Shown here: positions 17,131-25,248 of the stretch, piece after piece
Layout: every line of letters begins with the position of its first letter
Numbering within the stretch: the first letter of the stretch is position 1
Source: Candidatus Nanogingivalaceae bacterium
Lineage (GTDB): Bacteria; Patescibacteriota; Saccharimonadia; Saccharimonadales; Saccharimonadaceae
DNA: 32,000 nt
Assembly (NCBI GenBank): GCA_015257795.3
Contig: CP072208.2
Coordinates: forward strand, 540,001 to 572,000
Direction: 5' to 3'
Notes under the pieces: generated by a model
Told to the model about the DNA's origin: nothing
Databases searched by the model: none
The model's input: only the letters and a program-made list of their open reading frames with translations
Made by a program: the position numbers and the translations under genes

Positions 17131-18066
17131 ATGTCAAAAATTGTTGTTGCCCTTGGCGGAAACGCATTACAAAAAAATGGTGAGCTAACTGCTCAAATCC
17201 AGGAAGAAGTTGCTAAAGAAACTGTCCAAAAATTAATCCCCCTAATTAAAGATGGTCATGAGTTGGTTATTGTACATGGAAATGGCCCACAAGTTGGTAA
17301 TTTAGTTCTCCACGAAGAGGCTGGAAATTCGCCATCAACCCCAGCAATGCCCCTTCACGTAAGTGTTGGAATGACACAAGGAATGATTGGCTACTGGATC
17401 CAGAAAGCACTTCAAGAAGAACTTTCGAAAAATGGAATTTCAAAAAACGCCGTGACAGTTATTACACAAGTTGAAGTTTCGAAAGAAGATCAAGCTTTTC
17501 AAAATCCAACAAAACCTATTGGACCATTTTATTCAGAAGAAGAAGCTCAAAAAGTTGCGCATGAAAAAGGCTATGTTGTAAAAGAAGATTCTGGGCGTGG
17601 ATGGCGAAGGGTTGTTCCATCACCTAAACCAATTCATATTCTTGAAAGTGAAACAATTACCGATTTAATGAAAACTGGAGCAATTGTAGTAGCTGCCGGC
17701 GGTGGTGGAATCCCAGTTGTTTCAACCGGCGTAGGAGCTTTCGAAGGAGTTGATGCCGTGATTGATAAAGACTTTGCTGCTGAATTATTAGCAGAAAAAA
17801 TTAACGCCGACGTTCTCTTAATTTTAACGGCAGTAGATAACGCAATGATTAACTTCGGAAAAGAAAATCAACAATCTTTGAATATGATTTCTCCAAGTGA
17901 AGCAGAAGAATATATTAACGAAGGCCAATTTGGAGCTGGATCTATGTTACCAAAAATCCAAGCATCCCTAAAATTTGCAAAAACTGGTAAAAAATCTATA
18001 ATTACAAGTCTGGAAAACGCTCAAGATGCAATTGCTAAAAATCTTGGAACAATAATTTCAGAATAA
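17131..18066 (+). CDS. arcC: carbamate kinase
   Basis: 311 aa with KIVVALGGNAL, HGNGPQVG, DKDFAAELLA and C-terminal GSMLPKI, typical of the amino-acid kinase fold of ArcC. Confidence 0.9.
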   Translation: MSKIVVALGGNALQKNGELTAQIQEEVAKETVQKLIPLIKDGHELVIVHGNGPQVGNLVLHEEAGNSPSTPAMPLHVSVGMTQGMIGYWIQKALQEELSKNGISKNAVTVITQVEVSKEDQAFQNPTKPIGPFYSEEEAQKVAHEKGYVVKEDSGRGWRRVVPSPKPIHILESETITDLMKTGAIVVAAGGGGIPVVSTGVGAFEGVDAVIDKDFAAELLAEKINADVLLILTAVDNAMINFGKENQQSLNMISPSEAEEYINEGQFGAGSMLPKIQASLKFAKTGKKSIITSLENAQDAIAKNLGTIISE

Positions 18067-18068
18067 TT

Positions 18069-18101
18069 AAAAATAGCCTTTCGAATTGAAGGGCTATTTT
18101 T
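18069..18101. terminator. bidirectional terminator between arcC and pyk
   Basis: ATAGCCTTTC (18073-18082) pairs with GAAGGGCTAT (18088-18097), 10 bp with one G-U and a 5-nt loop, flanked by an A-run and a T-run. Confidence 0.7.
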
Positions 18102-18137
18102 ATATTTCGAACGATTCCTATTAAGATGTATATATTA

Positions 18138-19568
18138 TTAAACTGTTCGAACACGGATGGTGTCTGTTCCACCAACCAAACCAGGTTGACGTCCAGAAAC
18201 AATAACAACCGTAATATTTTCTTTTGAACCAAATGTTCCGTTAGCTTTAAGTTCTTTTGCTAGCTCAAGACCAGCAAATTCACCGTCTGGACGAATGAAG
18301 CTTCTAGTTGCATAATTTAAACCTAATTGTTGAGCAACACGGCTCGAACTTGTTACGGCATAAATTGGAAGTGCTGGGCGATTTGCGGCAACAGTTGCAG
18401 CAGTTTGGCCAGATTTAGTTTCAACAATCAAAGCATCAGCATCAATTTGTTCAGCAAGTTCAACAGCAGCAAGTGAGATAGCATTTAAAGCTTCGTCTTC
18501 ACCACGCTCTACAATATCATCAATTGGAGAAACTGCTGCATGTTCTTGTGTATACATAATCACATCACGCATTGCTTTTACGGTTTCTTCTGGATATTTA
18601 CCAGTTGCAGATTCGTCTGAAAGCATCACAACGTCTGCACCTTGGATCACCGCATTGGCAACATCTGATACTTCAGCGCGTGAAGGTTGTGGATTATCAA
18701 CCATTGAACCCATAGTTTGAGTTGCGACAATTGAAATCTTACCATGCTTACGACAAAGCGCTACAGCTTTTCGTTGGATGATTGGCACAACTTCTGGAGC
18801 AACTTCGTAAGCCATATCACCACGAGCAATCATCACACCATCAGCGGCAAGAACAATTTTTTCAAGTTCTTCGTCTGATACAGCTTTTTTAGTTTCAATT
18901 TTTGCGATAACTTGAGCTTCACTATTGTGACTAACAAGAAGCTGGCGAACATTTTCAATATCTTCAGCAGTTTGCACAAAACTCATTGCTACATAATCGA
19001 TATCTTGAGTTGCGCCAAATTCAAGGTCTCGCATATCCTTTTCAGTAATAACATCGCCACCAAAATCTGTATCTGGTAGGTTTAGACCTTTTCGGCTCAT
19101 CAAAGTTCCTTTATTCAAAACTCGCAACTTGATTGCAGTATTTGAAGGAATGTCAATAACTTCTGTTCGAACCTTACCGTCAAAGATATAAACAGGTTCA
19201 CCAATTTTAACTTTTTCAGCTAAGTTATATTGAACTGGTAAATTAGCTGATCCATCGTGCTGCTGAATCGCATAGTCAAGAACCAATTCATCACCTTCAA
19301 CAACATCGAAACGATTATCTACGATATCTCCAAGACGAATCTTTGGACCTTGCAAATCTTGCAAAATAGCAACTTCACGACCAAGCTTTTCGCTAATTTC
19401 GCGAACTGCTTTAATTTTTGCAGCATGTTCCCCGTATGAACCGTGTGAAAAGTTCAATCGCGCACCATTAATTCCTGCATTAATAAGTTTTTCGATCATT
19501 TCAGGGCTGTCGCTTGCTGGGCCGATCGTAGCCAAAATCTTTGTTCGTTTGTAAACATTATTTTCCAT
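18138..19568 (-). CDS. pyk: pyruvate kinase
   Basis: 476 aa with TKILATIGPAS, NFSHG, MIARGDM and MLSDESATGKYP. TGtTATAAT (19585-19577) ends 8 nt before the ATG. Confidence 0.93.
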   Translation of the reverse strand: MENNVYKRTKILATIGPASDSPEMIEKLINAGINGARLNFSHGSYGEHAAKIKAVREISEKLGREVAILQDLQGPKIRLGDIVDNRFDVVEGDELVLDYAIQQHDGSANLPVQYNLAEKVKIGEPVYIFDGKVRTEVIDIPSNTAIKLRVLNKGTLMSRKGLNLPDTDFGGDVITEKDMRDLEFGATQDIDYVAMSFVQTAEDIENVRQLLVSHNSEAQVIAKIETKKAVSDEELEKIVLAADGVMIARGDMAYEVAPEVVPIIQRKAVALCRKHGKISIVATQTMGSMVDNPQPSRAEVSDVANAVIQGADVVMLSDESATGKYPEETVKAMRDVIMYTQEHAAVSPIDDIVERGEDEALNAISLAAVELAEQIDADALIVETKSGQTAATVAANRPALPIYAVTSSSRVAQQLGLNYATRSFIRPDGEFAGLELAKELKANGTFGSKENITVVIVSGRQPGLVGGTDTIRVRTV

Positions 19569-19609
19569 ACTTTTCTATTATAACACTTTTATTTTTATTA
19601 AAAAAGGGG

Positions 19610-19638
19610 TTGATTTATTTTTTATAATCTGCTAGAAT
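19610..19638 (+). promoter_or_regulatory. promoter of tRNA-Glu
   Basis: TTGATT (19610-19615), 17-nt spacer ending in TGC, then TAGAAT (19633-19638). Confidence 0.6.
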
Positions 19639-19680
19639 AGTAATGAGTTGCTGCTTTATCACCCCAAAGCTCAGCTCGAT

Positions 19681-19755
19681 GGTCTTATCGTCTAACGGTT
19701 AGGACACCAGGTTTTCATCCTGGCAATCCGGGTTCGATTCCCGGTAAGATCACCA
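19681..19755 (+). tRNA. tRNA-Glu (anticodon UUC), CCA encoded
   Basis: Acceptor GGTCTTA/TAAGATC (G2-U71), anticodon arm CCAGG-TTTTCAT-CCTGG, T-arm CCGGG-TTCGATT-CCCGG. Confidence 0.9.
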
Positions 19756-19769
19756 AAAAGAAATTATTT

Positions 19770-19805
19770 AGAATCGCTTTTCTAAAGATTAGCGGTTCTT
19801 TTTTA
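19770..19805 (+). terminator. tRNA-Glu terminator
   Basis: AGAATCGCT (19770-19778) pairs with AGCGGTTCT (19791-19799), with one G-U, followed by TTTTTT. Confidence 0.65.
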
Positions 19806-19814
19806 TGATATTAT

Positions 19815-19840
19815 AAAAAACCATTCTTTTCGAATGGTTT
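19815..19840 (-). terminator. terminator of the sortase gene
   Basis: AAACCATTC (19818-19826) pairs with GAATGGTTT (19832-19840). On the minus strand a T6 run follows. Confidence 0.65.
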
Positions 19841-19845
19841 ATTGT

Positions 19846-20703
19846 TTAAGGTTTGTAGGTTTCCCCAGATTGAGGGTCTTCAATTTTCTCTAGAGCCCCT
19901 CTCACGAACAGCAAGTCATTTTCTCCAGAACAACCCTGAAGAGTAATCATCGGTTCTCCGATATGTGCTGAAAGATTGTCGTAATTAACATCTTTGTACA
20001 CAATATTTTCTGAGTTTCCCTTCTCACCAAATGAAATTTTCGAAACCCTGAATGTATATTTCCAGCCCGTAGAGTTTTCTGTTATAAAAATCTCATCACC
20101 TTTTTTAAGTTTTAAATCTGAGATTTTATCAGTAACCACACCGCTTTCATTAGTCAAAAGCGGAGTAAACCAATCTTTAGAATGGCTTACAGAACCCTTT
20201 ACATTATAGGTGTGACTAGCTATTACGAAATTCGAAACACCAAGTTCTTGATATGCTCGAACAGTAACAGCATTGAATAAACGATTATAATCACCGTTTG
20301 GCGAGCTTGTAGTTGAACCAATTCCATCGAATATTGGCATATTAATTCCCACCTTTGGTACTTCTAATGTGCCAAGAATATCCTCAGGATTAGTGGAATC
20401 TTTATCCCCACCATAGCTCACGTCATAAAAAATCTTCTCTTTACCGTCTTCTCGATAGGATAGTTTTTTTTGCAACGCCTCTTTTCTATTCCGCATTTCG
20501 CTAGCTATGCTATTTGCAATATCAATTTTCTTGGTTGATGTTTTAGCCACAATCGTGGTAGGAGTATCGTTCGTTCTTCGAAGAGTTTTAGCCCAATTAA
20601 AGAAACCAGCATAACTCAATGATAGAAGCAATAATCCTACAATAATAACAAACTTGATTCCTGCTAGAAATCTTTTCTTGATTTCTTTTTTCATTTGTTT
20701 CAT
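19846..20703 (-). CDS. sortase-family transpeptidase (divergent, class A-like)
   Basis: N-terminal TM anchor. Ordered catalytic signature: His in NFVIASHTY, Cys in PMITLQGCS (TLxTC-like), Arg in LLFVRGA. LEVPKVGINMPIF and KKGDEIF match sortase beta-barrel strands. SD GGAGGT and TGcTATAAT (20766-20758) lie upstream. Confidence 0.65.
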   Translation of the reverse strand: MKQMKKEIKKRFLAGIKFVIIVGLLLLSLSYAGFFNWAKTLRRTNDTPTTIVAKTSTKKIDIANSIASEMRNRKEALQKKLSYREDGKEKIFYDVSYGGDKDSTNPEDILGTLEVPKVGINMPIFDGIGSTTSSPNGDYNRLFNAVTVRAYQELGVSNFVIASHTYNVKGSVSHSKDWFTPLLTNESGVVTDKISDLKLKKGDEIFITENSTGWKYTFRVSKISFGEKGNSENIVYKDVNYDNLSAHIGEPMITLQGCSGENDLLFVRGALEKIEDPQSGETYKP

Positions 20704-20784
20704 ATTCTATAACCTCCAAAAAGTTCTTTTCTCGATATTATCAAGAAACATACTCATATTATAGCATAAAATCTACATAAAGTC

Positions 20785-20814
20785 AAAAGCTACCCTTTTT
20801 AAGAGTAGCTTTTT
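20785..20814 (-). terminator. tRNA-Gln terminator
   Basis: AAGCTAC (20787-20793) pairs with GTAGCTT (20805-20811), with T-runs on both strands. Confidence 0.5.
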
Positions 20815-20827
20815 ATATAATTTCGTT

Positions 20828-20902
20828 TGGCTGGGATGGAGGGATTCGAACCCCCGAATGCCAGGACCAAAACCTGGTGCCTTACCACTTGGCGACATCC
20901 CA
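20828..20902 (-). tRNA. tRNA-Gln (anticodon UUG), CCA encoded
   Basis: The reverse complement folds with U1-A72 acceptor TGGGATG/CATCCCA, anticodon arm CCAGG-TTTTGGT-CCTGG and T-loop TTCGAAT. It closely resembles bacterial tRNA-Gln. Confidence 0.9.
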
Positions 20903-20912
20903 ATACCAAACT

Positions 20913-20941
20913 ATTTTAACAAATATTATTCAAAAAATCAA
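20913..20941 (-). promoter_or_regulatory. promoter of tRNA-Gln
   Basis: Minus strand: TTGATT (20941-20936), 17-nt spacer, then TGtTAAAAT (20921-20913), ending about 10 nt before the tRNA 5' end. Confidence 0.6.
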
Positions 20942-20944
20942 GTG

Positions 20945-21685
20945 CTATCGTGGACATTTTTTTGCAATTTCACGAGCATTGTTGGTTATTCTCTTGAGTA
21001 CGTTAGCTTTTCGAATATTCCCGTACAGGATTTTTGGCATATCATAATCCCTATTCTTTAACGCTTGCTCAATTAAAAATAAAGATATTTCTGGATTTTT
21101 AGGTAGGAGCGAACCGTGAAGATATGTTCCAATAACATTTTTATAACAAGCACCCTCAAATTCGCCATCTGGCAAATTACCAGCGCCAATTTTCACTTCT
21201 GCTAAAGGCTTAACATGCTCTGAAAGATAAGTTTTTCCACTATGGTTTTCATAGCCGATAATTTCACCAAATTGATCAGAATTCTCAACAATATTCCCAA
21301 TCATTCGTTGACTACCGCCAATTGTTTTAACACCCCTAAAAATACCGATGCCTTTTATTTTCTCGCCACTAGCCGTTTCGAAAGAATTCCCGAAGAGCTG
21401 ATAAAGACCACAAACTACCAGCATTGGGATGCCGTTGCTTGCAAGCTTCCTTAACTTTGGAGCAATTTTTAATAAATCATCCTGAATCTGGCCTTGGCCT
21501 GAATCTTGGCCGCCACCACCGATAACGATATCTACATCTTCTGGAAAAACATCGCCTGGATTATATTCAATAATCTCAAAACTAATTCCGCGCAGTTCCA
21601 TTTGTTTTTTTAGTGCTAGAATATTCCCGTAATCACCGTAAATATTCATATCTTTAGCATAAAGCCATAATACTTTTAGATTCAT
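20945..21685 (-). CDS. gatD: lipid II isoglutaminyl synthase, glutaminase subunit GatD (CobQ-type GATase)
   Basis: 246 aa with nucleophile Cys in VVCGLYQLFG, His in TYLHGSLLPKNP and VIGGGGQDSGQ. Its start overlaps the murT stop (ATGA). Confidence 0.85.
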   Translation of the reverse strand: MNLKVLWLYAKDMNIYGDYGNILALKKQMELRGISFEIIEYNPGDVFPEDVDIVIGGGGQDSGQGQIQDDLLKIAPKLRKLASNGIPMLVVCGLYQLFGNSFETASGEKIKGIGIFRGVKTIGGSQRMIGNIVENSDQFGEIIGYENHSGKTYLSEHVKPLAEVKIGAGNLPDGEFEGACYKNVIGTYLHGSLLPKNPEISLFLIEQALKNRDYDMPKILYGNIRKANVLKRITNNAREIAKKCPR

Positions 21686-22968
21686 AAGATTTTCTCCATT
21701 TCTGCCATTTTCGAAAGTTCTTTTCGAATCTCAAGCATCGCAGTATAGGTTGCATAAATTCTTTTATTCTTGCTCTTGTCTGCAACAAATTTTTTAACCG
21801 CTTCGTGAATATCAGTATCGATATTTTCCTCTTCAAATGGAACCGCATCATGGAATAAACGAATAGCCATATCATAAGCACGCGAACCCGTTATTTCCTG
21901 AACACCGGCATCTTTCAAGACCGAAAAATCAACATCCCAAAGCCAACTCATATCACGGCCATCAGCATAATTATCATTTATCGCAATCATTGTACTATAA
22001 TTTTCAGGGTTGAAGTTCTTCAAGTTGATTCGAAAACCAGCTGGATTTTTTACCAGCATAATCTCGATCGTCTTACCCTTAATTTTAATTTTTTCACCAC
22101 GACCAAACGCTGGCAAAATTTTTCCAGCAGCAGAAATAATCTTCGTCTTATTAATCTTTTTATTTTCGGATTTCAAAATTTCATCAACTAAAGCAACAGC
22201 AGCCGTAAGGTTTAAAATATTATGAATTCCGCTAATTTTAAGATTAAATCGTTTTACTTTTCCACCCCAAACAATATCGGCAGAATCCTCAGAGAAACCC
22301 TTCAATAAAACATCTGCAGAAATCTTTTGGTGAGCCTTTTTAATATTCTCACTATGCATTTCGTCATCATTGGGGAAAAATTCAGCTAATTTTTGATCAA
22401 ACCCAAATTTAACAACGTTCGAAAAATCTTTCGAAAACGCCTTCTTACCTAAAAGCGTATCATTTGCGTTTAAAACTACACTTTTAGTAGTATTTTCACC
22501 AATTTTCTTAAGAAGCTCTGCTGTGTAATCAATTTCACCAAACCGATCAAGTTGATCACGCATTACATTTAGCAACAATGAATAACGAGGTTTAACTAAC
22601 TTAACAAAATGTGTCGCATGCGCTTCATCGAGCTCCAAAACAGCAATGTCCGCATTTAATTTACCCGTCCAGCTCGACTCTGAAAGAAGCGCAGCTCCAA
22701 CACCGCGAACAAAATTCGAACCAGTCTTATTCGAAAAAACTTTCATTCCTTGGCTTTCGAGCAACTCAACAACCATTTTAGTTGTGGTAGTTTTTCCATT
22801 TGTTCCACTGACAACCACGACTCCGTGTTTCAAATTGCCCAGCATATTACCAATGAAATTTGGATTTATTTTTTCAACCACAAGGCCCGGTAGCGCAGAC
22901 CCGCCCCCGCGTAATCTTGATACAAACTGAATAATTTTTCCAACTATTATCGAAATTCTATCTTTCAT
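21682..22968 (-). CDS. murT: lipid II isoglutaminyl synthase, Mur-ligase subunit MurT
   Basis: P-loop VSGTNGKTTTTKM, LELDEAH and the C-terminal DUF1727 signature ADGRDMSWLWDVDF. It is paired with gatD. Confidence 0.88.
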   Translation of the reverse strand: MKDRISIIVGKIIQFVSRLRGGGSALPGLVVEKINPNFIGNMLGNLKHGVVVVSGTNGKTTTTKMVVELLESQGMKVFSNKTGSNFVRGVGAALLSESSWTGKLNADIAVLELDEAHATHFVKLVKPRYSLLLNVMRDQLDRFGEIDYTAELLKKIGENTTKSVVLNANDTLLGKKAFSKDFSNVVKFGFDQKLAEFFPNDDEMHSENIKKAHQKISADVLLKGFSEDSADIVWGGKVKRFNLKISGIHNILNLTAAVALVDEILKSENKKINKTKIISAAGKILPAFGRGEKIKIKGKTIEIMLVKNPAGFRINLKNFNPENYSTMIAINDNYADGRDMSWLWDVDFSVLKDAGVQEITGSRAYDMAIRLFHDAVPFEEENIDTDIHEAVKKFVADKSKNKRIYATYTAMLEIRKELSKMAEMEKIL

Positions 22969-23354
22969 TATTTCCTCGGTTTCGTTATATTTGCATCTCT
23001 ACCATAAAAAGGTAGTGCAATTTTATCGTTTTCATTATTTTTTAATTTTTCAAAAGCTTTTTGTCGCCAATCATCATTTTCATCTTCTTTTTTTATAGCA
23101 ACAATCGGAATGTTTAGCCCATCTGCTAGAGTATTTGCGACTGAAGCACCAATCCTTAAACCGGTAAAGCTCCCCGGCCCAGCAAAAAAGCCAATTCCTT
23201 CCAAATCTTTATAGTCTTTTCCGATATTTTTGAGACTATCCTCTAAAAATTTTAGAATATCTCTCGACATATTTCTATTTAGCTCTTTTTCGAAACTATT
23301 TTCACCGAGCCAAATTCGGCAATTTCCCGTTGAAGTATCTAAAAATAAAATCAT
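22968..23354 (-). CDS. tsaB: tRNA t6A biosynthesis protein TsaB, short form (128 aa)
   Basis: MILFLDTS ... FAGPGSFTGLRIGASVANTLA matches the TsaB/YeaZ N-terminal subdomain. Its stop overlaps the murT start (TAATG). Confidence 0.75.
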   Translation of the reverse strand: MILFLDTSTGNCRIWLGENSFEKELNRNMSRDILKFLEDSLKNIGKDYKDLEGIGFFAGPGSFTGLRIGASVANTLADGLNIPIVAIKKEDENDDWRQKAFEKLKNNENDKIALPFYGRDANITKPRK

Positions 23355-23797
23355 CTAACTTCCCTAACTTTAACCAATCGTTTATCCTCACTTACACTTT
23401 CGAAAATCAATTTCAAATGTTTTTCTGGTAAGATATCAGCCAGATCCCCAGCCCATTCTACTACTGTAATATTTTGTGGATCGCTTAAATTTTCAGCTAG
23501 CTCCATTTTCATAATTCCATAATCGTTCAACCTATAAAAATCGTAGTGCGAAAGCGTTAAATTATCTCCTTCATAAACCCTCGAAATAGTAAAAGTTGGG
23601 CTCTGTACCGTTTCAAGGACCCCTAGGCCAAGAGCAAGACCTTTTGTAAATGTAGTTTTTCCAGCACCTACATCACCAATAAGCTCTAAAACTGAACCAC
23701 CCTCAAGATTCGAACCAATTTCTTTTCCAAATTCTATCATCTCTTCGGTAGAATTTATTTCTCTTTCGAAATTTTTCACAAAACTATTATACCACAT
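23351..23797 (-). CDS. tsaE: tRNA t6A biosynthesis ATPase TsaE
   Basis: Walker A GDVGAGKTTFTKGL, then SPTFT and HYDFYRL. ATGA overlap with tsaB. Confidence 0.88.
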   Translation of the reverse strand: MWYNSFVKNFEREINSTEEMIEFGKEIGSNLEGGSVLELIGDVGAGKTTFTKGLALGLGVLETVQSPTFTISRVYEGDNLTLSHYDFYRLNDYGIMKMELAENLSDPQNITVVEWAGDLADILPEKHLKLIFESVSEDKRLVKVREVR

Positions 23798-23801
23798 AAA
23801 T

Positions 23802-24968
23802 TCATTCGCTTAAAGTGTTTTCAATATTACGCCTTCTATCTTTGCAGCAAACTATAGAAAGAAATGTAACTGCAACTATTAAGCAAACGTAAAAAATAAC
23901 TAGCCCAGAAAAATCCATTTTAAACTCAATTTGTGCGCCTTTGATTTTCGAAAACCAGTCTATAATAAAGATCGAATATTTCAAAATTAAATCCGAAATA
24001 AACCCGAAGAATTGGGCGAGGGGTGAAAATAAAGAAGAAACTCCCGTTAAGAATACAAAAAGCATTGCAATTGGCACGAACGGCAAAACTAACATATTCG
24101 CGATTATTGATACTATACTTACTGCGCCAAAATTAAAAATTATCAGAGGTAGAGTTACTATTTGGGCGCTAAAGGTTTCGAAAAATAGCTTAAGTGCAGC
24201 ATTTAGCTTTTGTGAATTTTCGAAAAAATATTCTTGCAAAAGTGGCGACACGATCAGCACTCCAAAAAACGATGCAAAAGATAGCTGCCACCCCAAGTTT
24301 AATAAGTTCGCAGGACTAATTATTACTGTTATTGCAGCAACTAAAATAATCAAAAAATAAGAATGAGTTCTTCGTCCAAAATACCACAAAAGTAAACCAA
24401 TAGCTGAAACTATTCCCGCACGTGTCATTGAAGGAGTAAATCCAACAATTAATACAAACCCAAAAACCAATAGTAACGCTAAAAATAAAGCAATTTTTCG
24501 CGAAAATCGATTAAGCACCTTTTGTGCGGCCGAGGCAAGCACGGTTAAATTATATCCACTCGCAACAACAATATGCGTGAGGGCCGTAATTGTTAAAGCC
24601 TTAGTAAGTTGTTCGGGGAGCGAATTTTTCTGTCCCAAAAGATAGCCAAGACCTAAATCTACTTCTGGAGAAGGAATAAACTTTCGAATCCCATCCGCAA
24701 AAGAATCTCGCAAATCTCGAACCAGATCACTTTGAGGTATAATCTTAACCAGCTTTCCCCGCTTAAGCGAAATTGAGAAATCTCCAAAACCTTTCGAAAT
24801 TTTACCTTTCACTAAAATCTTGTCGCTTCTTCGCAACTTCTTTTGCGTTTTTATGTTTACAAAAATCTTTCCTCTTGATTTTTTATTTGAGATTTCTTCT
24901 ACTTCACCACGCAGACTAACTTCATCATTGCTTTTACTATCAGGATCTTCTAAAATTCTTATATACAC
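23802..24968 (-). CDS. comEC: ComEC/Rec2 DNA internalisation channel (model from the first canonical start, GTG 24968)
   Basis: OB-fold segment (VSLRGEVEEI ... KILVKGKI) followed by the multi-TM competence domain. No beta-lactamase-like domain. The reading frame stays open upstream (see next feature). Confidence 0.8.
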   Translation of the reverse strand: MYIRILEDPDSKSNDEVSLRGEVEEISNKKSRGKIFVNIKTQKKLRRSDKILVKGKISKGFGDFSISLKRGKLVKIIPQSDLVRDLRDSFADGIRKFIPSPEVDLGLGYLLGQKNSLPEQLTKALTITALTHIVVASGYNLTVLASAAQKVLNRFSRKIALFLALLLVFGFVLIVGFTPSMTRAGIVSAIGLLLWYFGRRTHSYFLIILVAAITVIISPANLLNLGWQLSFASFFGVLIVSPLLQEYFFENSQKLNAALKLFFETFSAQIVTLPLIIFNFGAVSIVSIIANMLVLPFVPIAMLFVFLTGVSSLFSPLAQFFGFISDLILKYSIFIIDWFSKIKGAQIEFKMDFSGLVIFYVCLIVAVTFLSIVCCKDRRRNIENTLSE

Positions 24969-25241
24969 CGTCTTCTCAAAACCAATATTTTTCGAAATTT
25001 TATGATTTTCAAAATTATAAATTGAACCTCGCCAAAACGAAATTAGAATTCCCGAGCATAAAATAAAAACAATACAAATTCGACGAGCATAAATCCATGA
25101 AAATACTAAAAGAATTAAAGATAAAACCAGCCAAACACTACTTTTAAAGAATGTTATATCCGAAAGAATCGCAATAACTGCACCGAATATTATAGCCGCA
25201 AAAAATACAAAATTTAAGTAAAATCGATGAATCGGTTTGAT
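24969..25241 (-). other. in-frame upstream extension of comEC encoding three TM helices, with no ATG/GTG/TTG
   Basis: My translation of the minus frame is stop-free from 25292. It reads IKPIHRFYLNFVFFAAIIFGAVIAILSDITFFKSSVWLVLSLILLVFSWIYARRICIVFILCSGILISFWRGSIYNFENHKISKNIGFEKT. AAGGAG lies at 25258-25253 and ATC at 25241. Confidence 0.6.
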
Positions 25242-25248
25242 ATCTCTG

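Noticed and set aside
20858-21061. 67-aa plus-strand ORF.
   Set aside because: It starts inside the tRNA-Gln gene and runs antisense into gatD, so it is spurious.
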